From: Thermomonas haemolytica
GTDB lineage: Bacteria > Pseudomonadota > Gammaproteobacteria > Xanthomonadales > Xanthomonadaceae
Direction: 5' to 3'
DNA length: 40,000 nucleotides
Assembly (NCBI RefSeq): GCF_004346265.1
Contig: NZ_SMAP01000004.1
Location: forward strand, 134,056 to 174,055
The notes beneath the pieces are model-generated. The model did not search any database and was not told the DNA's origin. It worked only from the letters and a program-made list of their open reading frames with translations. Of the stretch, positions 1 to 9,313 are shown one piece after another. Position numbers and translations under genes: made by a program. Numbering within the stretch: the stretch's first letter is position 1; each line of letters opens with the position of its first letter.

Positions 1-1
1 C

Positions 2-106
2 AAGCGCGCGATCGTGCCCCGCGCCAACGCGCCCAAGTCGGGCCACTACAAGGACATGCAGGTGGTCGCGGTGGAGCGCCTGGCGGAGGCGCTGGAGCAG
101 GCCTGA
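2..106 (+). CDS. 3' end of a gene starting upstream of the window (last 34 codons; product not assignable)
   Basis: The frame is open from the window edge: ...KRAIVPRANAPKSGHYKDMQVVAVERLAEALEQA, with TGA at 104-106. Third codon positions are almost all G/C, as in the confirmed genes. It is too short to name. Confidence 0.45.
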   Translation, partial: KRAIVPRANAPKSGHYKDMQVVAVERLAEALEQA

Positions 107-125
107 CGCCCGCGCCTGGACGCGC

Positions 126-1103
126 TCAGGGGCGCAGCAGGACCTTGCCGGGGCGCCCCGGGCGCAGGCTGGCGGCCGCCGCTTGGGCGATGTCGGCGAG
201 GTCGTAAATCGCATCCACCGGCAGCCGCAGTTCGCCGGCCAGGGTGCGCTGCAGCAGTTCGCCCACCAGCCGGCGGCGGTCCTCGGCGGACAGGGCCTGG
301 CTCGCCTTGCTGCCCCAGAATCCCTTCACGACGGCCTGCTTGAAGATCAGGTCGGCGGGCGAGAGCTGCATCGGTTCCCCGGTCAGCGCGCCGAACGACA
401 CCAGCACCCCGTTGTTGCCGAGCAGTGCCAGCAGCGCGCCGCTGGCGCGGCCGCCGACCGAGTCGATCGCCGCCTGCGCCAGCCCCGGCCCGGTGATCTC
501 GCGCACCTGCTGCATCCAGCCGGACTGCGTGCTGCAGACCACGTGCGTGATGCCCAGCGCGCCGAGTTCGGCTACGCCTTCCTCGCGGCGCACGATGTTG
601 ACCACCCGCAGGCCGCGCGCGCCGGCCAGCATCGCCAGCGCCTTGCCGACCGCGCCGTTGGCCGCGTTCTGCACGATCCACGCGCCGGCCGGCAGCGCCA
701 GCGTCTCCAACAGCATCAGCGCGCTCAGCGGCATCGCCATCAGCTGCGCCGCGGTCTCGTCGGGGATGCCATCCGGCAGCGGCACCGTCATCCGCGCCGG
801 CGCGATGAAGTATTCGGCCCAGGTGCCGCGCCCGGCCGGGGTGGCCACGCGCTGGCCGACCGCCAGGCCTTCCACGCCTTCGCCCAGCGCGTCCACGATG
901 CCGACCGCCTCGCTGCCGCCGATCACCGGCAGCGCGGGCTTGTAGCCGTACTGGCCGCGCACCGTGAGCAGGTCGTGGTTGTGGATCGGCGCCAGCAGGG
1001 TGCGGATGCGCACCTCGCCCGCCTGCGGCTGCGGCATCGGCGCATCGGCTAGGGCCAGCACCTGGGTGGGGTCGCCGAAGCTCTGGTAGAGGGCGCTGCG
1101 CAT
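126..1103 (-). CDS. Medium-chain dehydrogenase/reductase superfamily, NADPH:quinone oxidoreductase / enoyl reductase-like
   Basis: ORF 126..1145 shows an MDR-type pattern (VRIRTLLAPIHNHDLLTVRGQYGYKP, IGGSEAVGIVDALGEGV) and the nucleotide-binding stretch NAANGAVGKAL. The start was moved to ATG 1103 (MRSALYQ...), which has GGAG about 8 nt upstream. Confidence 0.85.
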   Translation of the reverse strand: MRSALYQSFGDPTQVLALADAPMPQPQAGEVRIRTLLAPIHNHDLLTVRGQYGYKPALPVIGGSEAVGIVDALGEGVEGLAVGQRVATPAGRGTWAEYFIAPARMTVPLPDGIPDETAAQLMAMPLSALMLLETLALPAGAWIVQNAANGAVGKALAMLAGARGLRVVNIVRREEGVAELGALGITHVVCSTQSGWMQQVREITGPGLAQAAIDSVGGRASGALLALLGNNGVLVSFGALTGEPMQLSPADLIFKQAVVKGFWGSKASQALSAEDRRRLVGELLQRTLAGELRLPVDAIYDLADIAQAAAASLRPGRPGKVLLRP

Positions 1104-1141
1104 GCGTGGGGCTCCTGGGGAAGTTGGACAGGGGATGGCGG

Positions 1142-2737
1142 TCAATGCCCGCCGGCCGCGGCGCCGCCGACCTTGGCCGCGAACGGCGGCCTGGCCAGCC
1201 AGACGAACGCGATCACCAGCAGGAAGATGATGCCCAGCAGGTGGAAGATCTCGTTGAAGCCGATCTGCGCGGCCTGGTTGGCGATCATCCGGTCGAGCAT
1301 GAACGCGCCGCGCTGGAGGTCGCCGCCGCCGAGGCGGGTGGCGGTGTCCAGCATGGCCGGATCATACGCGCCGATGTGCTCGGTCAGGTGCGCGTGGTGC
1401 AGGGTGCCGCGCTCGGTCCAGGCGTAGGTGGTCAGCGAGGCGGCGAAGCTGCCGCCCAGGGTGCGCATGAAGGTGGCCAGGCCGGAACCGGCGGCGATCT
1501 CGTGCGGCTCCAGGTCGGACAGCAGGATCTGCAGCACCGGCATGAAGAACAGCGCCACGCCCAGGCCCTGGAACAGCTGCACCAGCGCCACGTGCTGGAA
1601 GTCCACGTCGAGGTTGAAGTGCGAGCGCGCGAAGCTGGTCAGCGACATCGCCACGAACGCGAAGCTGGCCAGCATGCGCAGGTCGAAGCGGTGCGCGTAC
1701 TTGCCCACGAACGGGGTGAGCAGCACCGGCAGGATGCCGATCGGCGCGGTCGCGAAGCCGGCCCAGATCGCGGTGTAGCCGAGGTTGCGCTGCAGCCACA
1801 GCGGCACCAGGATGCCGACGCTGAAGAACGCCGCATAGGCCACCACCATCGCCGCGGTGCCGGCGCTGAAGTTGCGGTGGCGGAACAGCCGCAGGTTCAC
1901 GATCGGGTCCTTGTCGGTCAGCTCCCAGATCACGAACACCACCAGCGCGACCGCGGCCACGATCGCCAGCACCACGATGGTGGTGGAGTTGAACCAGTCC
2001 TCGTCGTTGCCGAGGTCGAGCAGGATCTGCAGCGCGCCAACGCCCAGCACCAGCGTGGCCAGGCCGATGTAGTCCATCTTCGGCTTCTCCAGCCGCTCCG
2101 GGCGGCCCTTCAGCTGGCGGCCCACCACCACGCTGGAGAAGATGCCGATCGGCACGTTGATGAAGAAGATCCATTCCCAGCTGTAGTTGTCGGTGATCCA
2201 GCCGCCGAGGATCGGCCCGGCGATCGGCGCCACCACCGTCACCATCGCCAGCAGGGCGATGGCCTGCCCGCGCTTGGCGGGCGGGTAGATCGAGATCAGC
2301 AGGGCCTGGGTCACCGGGTACATCGGCCCGGCCACGAAGCCCTGCAGCGCGCGCGCGGTCACCAGCAGGCCCATCGAGTGGGCGATGCCGCACAGGAACG
2401 AAGCCATCACGAACGCCAGCGTGGACCACATGAACAGCTTGCGCTCGCCGTACTTGCGGGTGAGCCAGCCGGTCAGCGGCAGCGCGATGGCGTTGCTGAC
2501 CGCGAACGAGGTGATCACCCAGGTCGCCTGGTTGGCGCTCCCGCCGAGGTTGCCCGAGATGGTGGGCAGCGAGACGTTGGCGATCGTGGTGTCCAGCACC
2601 TGCATGAAGCTGGCCAGCGCCAGTCCCAGCGTGGTCAGGGCCACGTTGGGCGGGCGGAAATCGGAGGGCTTCGCCGTGGCCTCGGTGCCGGGCGGCAGGC
2701 CCATCGATTCTTCTTCCTGGGCGATGGAGTTGGCCAT
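1142..2737 (-). CDS. emrB: MFS (DHA2, 14-TM) multidrug efflux permease, EmrB/QacA family
   Basis: 531-aa ORF that is highly hydrophobic throughout. The N-terminus (LGLALASFMQVLDTTIANVSLPTISGNLG) is typical of EmrB. It is the last gene of a MarR-OMP-EmrA-EmrB operon. Confidence 0.9.
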   Translation of the reverse strand: MANSIAQEEESMGLPPGTEATAKPSDFRPPNVALTTLGLALASFMQVLDTTIANVSLPTISGNLGGSANQATWVITSFAVSNAIALPLTGWLTRKYGERKLFMWSTLAFVMASFLCGIAHSMGLLVTARALQGFVAGPMYPVTQALLISIYPPAKRGQAIALLAMVTVVAPIAGPILGGWITDNYSWEWIFFINVPIGIFSSVVVGRQLKGRPERLEKPKMDYIGLATLVLGVGALQILLDLGNDEDWFNSTTIVVLAIVAAVALVVFVIWELTDKDPIVNLRLFRHRNFSAGTAAMVVAYAAFFSVGILVPLWLQRNLGYTAIWAGFATAPIGILPVLLTPFVGKYAHRFDLRMLASFAFVAMSLTSFARSHFNLDVDFQHVALVQLFQGLGVALFFMPVLQILLSDLEPHEIAAGSGLATFMRTLGGSFAASLTTYAWTERGTLHHAHLTEHIGAYDPAMLDTATRLGGGDLQRGAFMLDRMIANQAAQIGFNEIFHLLGIIFLLVIAFVWLARPPFAAKVGGAAAGGH

Positions 2738-2862
2738 GGGTCGGTGCTTGCGGGAGAAGGTGCAGGAGCGGCGGCATGGTGGCCGCCGGCATCGGGACGC
2801 CCGTCACCCGGAGGGGGAGGGGAGGTGGCGCAGCGCCCCGGCGCGACTCCTGCGTAAAGGGG

Positions 2863-4083
2863 TCAGGACGCGTGGCCCTGCGGCAGGTTGCGGGCGATCA
2901 CGGCGTCGATCAGCGCATCCGCCTCGTGCAGCTGGCGGCCATAGGCATCGGTGGTCAGCACCGGCTTGTCGGCGACGGTCGCCGGCAGCACCGGGCCGCC
3001 CTGGTCGTGCACGTCCACGATCACGTTCATGCTCATGCCCAGCCGCAGCGGGTGCTGGCGCAGCTGCTCGCGGTCGAGCTCCACCCGCACCGGGATGCGC
3101 TGCACGATCTTGATCCAGTTGCCGCTGGCGTTCTGCGCCGGCAGCAGGGCGAAGGCGCTGCCGGTGCCCATGCCGAGGCTGGCCAGGCGGCCCTTGAACT
3201 CCACCGCGTCGCCATACATGTCGGCGGTCAGGGTCACCGGCTGCCCCAGGCGCATGTCGTGCAGCTGGGTTTCCTTGAAGTTGGCATCCACCCACACCTC
3301 ATCCAGCGGCACCACCGTCATCAGCGGGGTGCCGGGCTGCACGCGCTGGCCCAGTTGTACGCTGCGCTTGGCGACGAAGCCGTCCACCGGCGCCACGATC
3401 GCCGCGCGCTGCAGGTTCAGGTAGGCCTGGCGCAGCTGGGCGGCCGCGGCCTGCACCTGCGGCTGGCTGGCCACGGTGGTGGCATCCACCAGCGCACGGC
3501 TGCGCGAGAGCTGCCCGCGCGCGGCCGACAGCGCGGCCTCGGCCGCCTGCAGCTGGGCCTGCGCATGCGCCAGTTCCTCGGGCGAGACCGCGCCGCTGGC
3601 GACCAGGTCGCGGCGGCGGGCCACGTCGGCGCGCGCCTGCTGCAGCGCCACTTCGCGCGCGGCGATGTCGGCCTGCGCGCTGTCCGCGCTGCTGTACAGG
3701 CCGCGCACCTGGCGCACGGTGGCGGCGAGGTTGGCCTCGGCCTGCGCCAGCGCGACCTTGGCGTCGTTCGGGTCCAGCTGCACCAGCACCTGGCCGGCCT
3801 TCACCCGCATGCCGTCGTCGGCGTTGATCGCCACCACCGTGCCCATGGTCTGCGGGGTGATGCTGACGATGTTGCCCTGCACGTAGGCGTCGTCGGTGTC
3901 CTGGCGCCAGCGCGCCACCAGCAGGTAGTAGGCCAGCCAGGCGATGCCGGCGATGACCAGCACGGCCAGCACCACCAGCAGCGCGCGCCGGCGCTTGCCG
4001 TTGCCGGGAGTGGCGGGGGACTGCGACGGCGGCAGCGTGGCGGCCGGGCCGGCGGACGAGTTCGGCGTGGTTTCGGTGGTCAT
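2863..4083 (-). CDS. emrA: HlyD-family membrane fusion (periplasmic adaptor) protein, EmrA-like
   Basis: This is the C-terminal 406 aa of track ORF 2863..5109, starting at ATG 4083 (MTTETTPNSS...). It has a single N-terminal TM (ALLVVLAVLVIAGIAWLAYYLLV), a long Ala/Gln-rich coiled coil, and a beta-barrel region (IVAPVDGFVAKRSVQLGQRV). Confidence 0.9.
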   Translation of the reverse strand: MTTETTPNSSAGPAATLPPSQSPATPGNGKRRRALLVVLAVLVIAGIAWLAYYLLVARWRQDTDDAYVQGNIVSITPQTMGTVVAINADDGMRVKAGQVLVQLDPNDAKVALAQAEANLAATVRQVRGLYSSADSAQADIAAREVALQQARADVARRRDLVASGAVSPEELAHAQAQLQAAEAALSAARGQLSRSRALVDATTVASQPQVQAAAAQLRQAYLNLQRAAIVAPVDGFVAKRSVQLGQRVQPGTPLMTVVPLDEVWVDANFKETQLHDMRLGQPVTLTADMYGDAVEFKGRLASLGMGTGSAFALLPAQNASGNWIKIVQRIPVRVELDREQLRQHPLRLGMSMNVIVDVHDQGGPVLPATVADKPVLTTDAYGRQLHEADALIDAVIARNLPQGHAS

Positions 4084-4091
4084 GGCGGGGG

Positions 4092-5534
4092 TCAGTCGGA
4101 GACGGTGGAATCGGGGGAGCGCACGGCGATGCCGCCGCCGAGCGCCTGTTCGAGGTCGACCGCGGCGATCCGGCGCTGCGCGCGCAGCGCCGCCAGTTGC
4201 TGGTCGAGTTGCAGCAGCGGGCGCTGCGCGGCGAGCACGTCGAGCTGGGTGGCGATGCCGGCGCGCTGGCGCTGGAGCACCAGCGCGTGGGCCTTGCCGG
4301 CGGCCTCGCGGGCGGCGCGCGCCTCCGCGATCTGCGCATCCAGCGTGCGTGCCGCCTGCACGGCGTCGGCCACTTCGCGGATCGCGCCCAGCAGGGTCTG
4401 GTTGTAGCTGGCCACCGCCAGGTCGTAGTCGGCGGTGCTGCCGCGCAGCTGCGCCCGCAGGCGGCCGCCCTCGAAGATCGGCAGGCTCAGCGCGGGACCG
4501 CCGTACAGCAGCAGGGACTTGCTGCCGAACAGGTCGCCGAGGTTGCCGGCGGCCACCCCCGCCAGCGCGGACAGGTTGATGGTGGGATAGAACGCGGCCT
4601 TGCTGGAGTCGATGCCGCGACGGGCGGCGTCGACCCGCCAGCGCGCGGCGGCCACGTCCGGGCGGTGCGCCAGCAGGTCGCTGGGCAGGATCGAGGGCGG
4701 CGCCACGTCCGGCAACTGCAGCTGCGGGCGGGTGATCGCCAGGCCACGGTCGGGGCCGGCCCCGGCCAGCGCCGCCAGCGCGTTGCGCAGGGCGTCGATC
4801 TGCTGCTGCGCGGCCTGCGCCTGCTGGCGTGCGGCGCGCGCGCTGCCGCGGTTCTGTTCCAGCGCGATGCCGTTGTCCAGCCCGGCGCGCACGCGCTGCT
4901 CGCCCAGCGCCACCAGCGCATCGGCGCGCGCGGCCTCGGCCTCGGCGGCCTCGCGCGCATCGAAGGCCTGTGCCAGCGCGATGTAGGTGCGGGTGACGTT
5001 CGCCGCCAGGGTCAGGCGCGCGGCCTGGGCCTCGATCTCGGCGGCGCGGGCATTGCCCACCGCGGCCTGCCATTTGGCGCGCGATTCGCCCCAGAAATCG
5101 GGGTTCCACGCCGCGTCCACGGTCAGCACCTGGGCCAGGTTGAACTTGCCGCCGATCGGTGCCGGAGCCAGGGTCTGCGGCAATTCCAGCCCCTGCACCT
5201 GGGCGCCCAGGCCCACGATCGGAGTGCGTGCGGCGTCGGCCAGCGCAGCCTGCGCCTGCGCCTTGCGCGCGCGGGCATCGGCGATCTCCAGCGAGGGGGC
5301 ACCGGCCAGGGCTTCATCCACCAGCGCGTCCAACTGCGGGTCGCCAAAGTCGCGCCACCACTGCAGCGATGGCCAGTGGGCGGAAGGAGTGGAAGCACCG
5401 GCCAGGCTGCGCCCGGCGGCGAGCGCGGCGGGCTCCCGCAGGTGCGCCTGCGGCGTGATCCCGGCGGTGGAGGCGCAGCCGGCCGCCAGCAAGGCGCCGG
5501 CCAGCGCGGCGGCGAGGGGAAGGGGTCGGGACAT
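4092..5534 (-). CDS. Outer-membrane efflux lipoprotein, NodT/OprM (OEP) family
   Basis: 480-aa ORF with a lipoprotein signal and lipobox (LLAAGC). The internally duplicated helical OEP architecture is evident from Ala/Gln/Arg-rich repeats. It lies 8 nt upstream of emrA. Confidence 0.9.
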   Translation of the reverse strand: MSRPLPLAAALAGALLAAGCASTAGITPQAHLREPAALAAGRSLAGASTPSAHWPSLQWWRDFGDPQLDALVDEALAGAPSLEIADARARKAQAQAALADAARTPIVGLGAQVQGLELPQTLAPAPIGGKFNLAQVLTVDAAWNPDFWGESRAKWQAAVGNARAAEIEAQAARLTLAANVTRTYIALAQAFDAREAAEAEAARADALVALGEQRVRAGLDNGIALEQNRGSARAARQQAQAAQQQIDALRNALAALAGAGPDRGLAITRPQLQLPDVAPPSILPSDLLAHRPDVAAARWRVDAARRGIDSSKAAFYPTINLSALAGVAAGNLGDLFGSKSLLLYGGPALSLPIFEGGRLRAQLRGSTADYDLAVASYNQTLLGAIREVADAVQAARTLDAQIAEARAAREAAGKAHALVLQRQRAGIATQLDVLAAQRPLLQLDQQLAALRAQRRIAAVDLEQALGGGIAVRSPDSTVSD

Positions 5535-5537
5535 CGG

Positions 5538-5999
5538 TCAGTCCGTGGCGAGGAGGTTGTCGCGGGCCTGCTCCAGCAGGCGGGTGAGCTGGGTGCGGGT
5601 GGCTTCGTCCATGCCGCGCAGGGCGCGCTCGCGCACGCGCCGGCCGCACTGGTCCACGTCGCTCCACAGGGCGCGGCCGGCTTCGGTCAGGTGGATGTGC
5701 AGGGCGCGGCGGTCGTTCGGGTCGGCCGATCGCGCCAGCAGGCCGCGTGCTTCGAGCTTGTCCAGCAACCGGGTCATGGCCCCGGGGTTGAGGTCGGCGG
5801 CGCGCGCGAGGTCGGTGACGCTGGCGCTGCCGTCGCTGGCCAGCTGCTTGATGGCGATGTACTGGCTGAAGGTCAGTTCATGACCGGCCGCGGCCAGTTC
5901 GCGCTCCATGCGCGCCCACATGGCGTCGCGCACCTGCCGGAACAGCAGGCCGAGGGCGGAGCCGGTGCAGGCTTCGACGGGGGTGGCGGGGGTCATCAT
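5538..5999 (-). CDS. MarR-family transcriptional regulator (EmrR-like) of the efflux operon
   Basis: Track ORF 5538..6026, with a winged-helix region (FSQYIAIKQLASDGSASVTDLARAADLNPGAMTRLLDKLEARGLL). Codon 6026 is TTG, so ATG-ATG at 5999/5996 is preferred as the start. It ends 3 nt before the OMP gene. Confidence 0.85.
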   Translation of the reverse strand: MMTPATPVEACTGSALGLLFRQVRDAMWARMERELAAAGHELTFSQYIAIKQLASDGSASVTDLARAADLNPGAMTRLLDKLEARGLLARSADPNDRRALHIHLTEAGRALWSDVDQCGRRVRERALRGMDEATRTQLTRLLEQARDNLLATD

Positions 6000-6007
6000 G
6001 GGCGCGC

Positions 6008-6036
6008 AGTCTGCTAGCCCATGCAATAGTTGTCAA
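6008..6036 (-). promoter_or_regulatory. Candidate sigma70 promoter of the marR-emr operon (TTGACA-N17-CAGACT)
   Basis: On the minus strand there is a perfect -35 TTGACA (6036..6031), a 17-nt spacer, and CAGACT (6013..6008). This is the only AT-richer patch in the neighbourhood. The predicted start is about 6000, so the marR mRNA would be nearly leaderless if ATG 5999 is used. The call rests on pattern matching only. Confidence 0.25.
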
Positions 6037-6078
6037 GGCAAATATTCGATCTGCAAACGTATCCAGCCGGCCCGCGGC

Positions 6079-6870
6079 TCAGCCGGGGCGGCGCAGGACC
6101 AGCTCCAGCACGAACTTGCTGCCGAAGAAGGCCAGCACCAGCAGCGCCATCGCCGCCAGCGTCCAGCGCACCGCGGTGGCGCCGCGCCAGCCGCGCCGCC
6201 AGCGCCCCAGCAGCAGGGCGCCGAACGCCAGCCACGACAGCACGCTGAGCACGGTCTTGTGCACCAGGTGCTGGGCCAGCAGGTTCTCGACGAACAGCAC
6301 GCCGGTCAGCAGGGTGGCGCTGAGCAGCACGAAGCCCACCGCGATGCTGCGGAACAGCAGGGTCTCGAGTTCGGTCAGCGGCGGCAGCGCGCGCAGCCAG
6401 GCGTGGAACTCGCGCCGGCGCAGCGCGCGCTCCTGCGCCCACAGGAAGATCGCCAGCACCGCCGCCAGCGCCAGGGTGGCGTAGGCCAGCAGCGCCAGCC
6501 AGGCGTGCAGCTGCAGGCGCCAGTCGAGCCGGCTGGCGGCATCGGCATGCCCGTACAGCACGTAGCCCAGCAGGGCCAGCGTGGCCAGCGGGAACACCAC
6601 GATGCCCAGCGCCGGCATGCGCCCGCTGGCGCCGTAGGCGGTGGTCAGCGCGGCCATCCCGATCCCCACCAGCGACAGCGCGGCGAAGAAGTGCATATCC
6701 GGCCCCTGCAGCAGGCGCCAGGCCTCGACGTGGGTCTCGGCGTGGAACAGCAGCGCCAGCGCCGCCACCGGCACCCAGCCGCGCGCCTGCGCATGGCTGC
6801 CGGCCGCCGCGCGCCACAGCAGGGCGGTCGCGACCAGGTACAGGGCGATGGCAATCATGGGCATCAGCAT
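6079..6870 (-). CDS. Inner-membrane cytochrome c assembly family protein (CcsA/YpjD-like)
   Basis: This is the C-terminal 263 aa of track ORF 6079..8928, starting at ATG 6870 (MLMPMIAIALYLV...). It has about 8 hydrophobic segments and is divergent from ffh, the conserved ypjD-ffh arrangement of Gammaproteobacteria. Confidence 0.8.
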   Translation of the reverse strand: MLMPMIAIALYLVATALLWRAAAGSHAQARGWVPVAALALLFHAETHVEAWRLLQGPDMHFFAALSLVGIGMAALTTAYGASGRMPALGIVVFPLATLALLGYVLYGHADAASRLDWRLQLHAWLALLAYATLALAAVLAIFLWAQERALRRREFHAWLRALPPLTELETLLFRSIAVGFVLLSATLLTGVLFVENLLAQHLVHKTVLSVLSWLAFGALLLGRWRRGWRGATAVRWTLAAMALLVLAFFGSKFVLELVLRRPG

Positions 6871-6945
6871 CCGCGGAAGTGTCGCACAGCCGGCGCGGGC
6901 GATGCCGCCGGTATACTGCGCGCCCCGTTCCAGGCCGTCCCCGCC

Positions 6946-8313
6946 ATGTTCGAATCCCTCACCCAACGCCTGTCCGGCACCATCGAGCGCCTGCGCGGCC
7001 GCGGCCGCCTGACCGAATCCAACATCAGCGAGGCCGTGCGCGAGGTGCGCATCGCCCTGCTGGAGGCGGACGTGGCGTTGCCGGTGGTGCAGGCCCTGAT
7101 CCAGCGCATCAAGGTGCGCGCGGTGGGCCAGGAGGTGATGCGCTCGCTGACCCCGGGCCAGGTGCTGGTGCGGATCGTGCGCGACGAGCTGGCCGCGGTG
7201 ATGGGCGCGCAGGCGTCCGACTTGAACCTGAACGTGCAGCCGCCGGCGGTGATCCTGATGGCCGGCCTGCAGGGCGCGGGCAAGACCACCACCGTGGGCA
7301 AGCTGGCCAAGCACCTGAAGGACAAGCGCAAGAAGAAGGTGATGGTGGTTTCGGCCGACGTGTACCGCCCGGCCGCGATCGAGCAGCTGCAGACCCTGGC
7401 CGGGCAGGTGGGTGCGATCTTCTTCCCGTCCGACCCGGCGCAGAAGCCGGAGGCCATCGTCAAGGCCGCGATCGAGGAAGCCCGCCGCACCTACGTGGAC
7501 GTGCTGATCGTGGATACCGCCGGCCGCACCAGCATCGACGACGCGATGATGGCCGAGATCAAGGCCCTCCACGCCGCGGTGAACCCAGTCGAGACCCTGT
7601 TCGTGGTCGATGCCATGACCGGCCAGGACGCCGCGGTCACCGCCAAGCACTTTGGCGAGGCGCTGCCGCTGACCGGCGTGGTGCTGACCAAGACCGACGG
7701 CGACGCCCGCGGCGGCGCGGCGCTGTCGGTGCGCTACATCACCGGCAAGCCGATCAAGTTCGTCGGCGTCGGCGAGAAGCCGGACGGGCTGGACGTGTTC
7801 CATCCCGACCGCGCCGCCGGTCGCATCCTCGACATGGGCGACGTGCTGTCGCTGGTGGAGCAGGTCGAGGCTCAGGTGGACAAGGACAAGGCCGCCAAGC
7901 TGGCCGAGAAGGTCGCCAAGGGCAAGAAGTTCGACCTCAACGACATGCGCGACCAGCTGGAGCAGATGCAGGCCATGGGCGGCTTGCACGGGCTGATGGA
8001 CAAGCTGCCGGGCATCGGCCAGCTGCCGGAGGCGGTGAAGCAGCAGGTCACCGGCAAGGAAGTGCCGCGCATGATCGCGATCATCAACTCGATGACCAAG
8101 AAGGAGCGCCGCAACCCCGACCTGCTCAACGGCTCGCGGCGCGCCCGCGTGGCCCGCGGCGCCGGCCTGACCCCGGCCGACGTCAACAAGGTGCTCAAGC
8201 AGTACCAGCAGATGGAAAAGATGATGGGCAAGCTCGGCCGCGGCGGCATGAAGGGCATGATGCGCGGCCTGTCCGGGATGATGGGCGGGCGCGGCGGGCT
8301 GCCGTTCCGCTGA
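6946..8313 (+). CDS. ffh: Signal recognition particle protein Ffh
   Basis: Starts at ATG 6946 ([24 protein letters not shown]). It carries the GTPase motifs [15 protein letters not shown] and TKTDGD, and a Met-rich M domain at the C-terminus. Confidence 0.97.
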   Translation: MFESLTQRLSGTIERLRGRGRLTESNISEAVREVRIALLEADVALPVVQALIQRIKVRAVGQEVMRSLTPGQVLVRIVRDELAAVMGAQASDLNLNVQPPAVILMAGLQGAGKTTTVGKLAKHLKDKRKKKVMVVSADVYRPAAIEQLQTLAGQVGAIFFPSDPAQKPEAIVKAAIEEARRTYVDVLIVDTAGRTSIDDAMMAEIKALHAAVNPVETLFVVDAMTGQDAAVTAKHFGEALPLTGVVLTKTDGDARGGAALSVRYITGKPIKFVGVGEKPDGLDVFHPDRAAGRILDMGDVLSLVEQVEAQVDKDKAAKLAEKVAKGKKFDLNDMRDQLEQMQAMGGLHGLMDKLPGIGQLPEAVKQQVTGKEVPRMIAIINSMTKKERRNPDLLNGSRRARVARGAGLTPADVNKVLKQYQQMEKMMGKLGRGGMKGMMRGLSGMMGGRGGLPFR

Positions 8314-8344
8314 CCGGCGCGGCCGCCTTCGCGCGGCGGAAAAC

Positions 8345-8373
8345 TTGCAATCCGGGGCGTTGCCGGCTATCGT
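8345..8373 (+). promoter_or_regulatory. Candidate sigma70 promoter for the rimP-nusA-infB leader (TTGCAA-N17-TATCGT)
   Basis: TTGCAA at 8345-8350, a 17-nt spacer, and TATCGT at 8368-8373. It sits about 320 nt upstream of the rimP start. The call rests on pattern matching only. Confidence 0.3.
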
Positions 8374-8506
8374 GCCGGCCTCGCGATGTGGTGCGGCGCC
8401 GGGCATTCGGCATCCACCCCGCCACCAGTTTGGATGCCGTGGATGCGGCAGCGGACTCGGGCTCGCGGACGCCGCCTGCGGCATCCGCACTCCAGCGTCA
8501 TCGGAC

Positions 8507-8529
8507 AAGGGCCCAGCGGGTCCTTTTTT
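8507..8529 (+). terminator. Intrinsic terminator-like hairpin inside the ffh-rimP spacer (possible leader attenuator or sRNA 3' end)
   Basis: aagggccc-agc-gggtcctt forms an 8-bp stem (one G-U pair) with a 3-nt loop, followed by four more T (run tcctttttt through 8529). Confidence 0.5.
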
Positions 8530-8695
8530 CGTTTCCGGGCGTCCGTTTTTCCGGGCGTTGTGCGTCCCGGGCCGTGGCCGGCAAGACCGCCGGCCATGCC
8601 GGTCCGCCATTCGCACCGTCCATTCGAGAGCAAATAGAGCAAGGGTTGCCTGGGATGCCCCAGGCGGGTTTCCCCGGGATTCCGACAGGCAAGAC

Positions 8696-9307
8696 GTGAC
8701 TGACAAGGCCGACGACATCGCCGCGCTGCTTTCCCCCACCGTCGCCGCGATGGGGCTGGAGCTGCTCGGCATCGAATACCTGCCCGCGCCGGGCGGCGCC
8801 ACCCTGCGCCTGTACATCGACGTGCCGGCCGCCGAGGCCGCCACCCGCATGGTGGGCATCGAGGACTGCGAGGCGGTGAGCCGCGAGGTGTCCGCGCAGC
8901 TGGACGTGGAAGACCCGATCAGCGGCAACTACACCCTCGAGGTGTCCTCGCCCGGCATCGACCGCCCGCTGTTCGGCGCCGCGCAGTTCGCGCGCTTCGT
9001 CGGCGAGACCGCCAAGGTCACGCTGAAGCTGCCGCAGGACGGCCGCCGCCGGCTGCAGGGCGGCATCCTGCGGGTCGAGGGCGACACCGTGGTGTTCGCG
9101 CTGGACGGTGCCGAATTCGCGGTGGCCGCGGCCAACATCGACAAGGCGCGGCTGGTGCCCGACTGGGTGGCCCTGGGGCTGGCGCCGGCGCAGGACAAAT
9201 CCGGGCGCGACCTGCGCCCGGGCAAGCAGAAGAAGGCCGCCGGCAAGGCGTCCAAGGCACATCCAACCAACAAGGCGGCGACCACCGGGTCGTCCGATGC
9301 GGAGTAA
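8696..9307 (+). CDS. rimP: Ribosome maturation factor RimP
   Basis: The GTG start at 8696 gives [28 protein letters not shown]..., which aligns by eye residue-for-residue with the E. coli RimP N-terminus. The [12 protein letters not shown] motif is present, followed by a Lys/Ala-rich C-terminal tail. Confidence 0.9.
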   Translation: MTDKADDIAALLSPTVAAMGLELLGIEYLPAPGGATLRLYIDVPAAEAATRMVGIEDCEAVSREVSAQLDVEDPISGNYTLEVSSPGIDRPLFGAAQFARFVGETAKVTLKLPQDGRRRLQGGILRVEGDTVVFALDGAEFAVAAANIDKARLVPDWVALGLAPAQDKSGRDLRPGKQKKAAGKASKAHPTNKAATTGSSDAE

Positions 9308-9313
9308 GCGGGC

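Noticed and set aside
8314-8695. Looked for a tRNA (metY-like, as precedes rimP in E. coli) in the ffh-rimP spacer.
   Set aside because: There is no T-arm (GGTTCGA.TCC-type) or acceptor-stem pairing. The hairpins present do not fold into a cloverleaf.
2863-8928. Fused long versions of real genes in the ORF track (2863..5109, 6079..8928, 5908..8313, 14959..17538, 22394..23986, 32596..34257, etc.).
   Set aside because: The upstream parts run through neighbouring genes in other frames. Starts were trimmed to the first start codon that restores the conserved N-terminus and the operon junction, verified by codon counting against the track coordinates.
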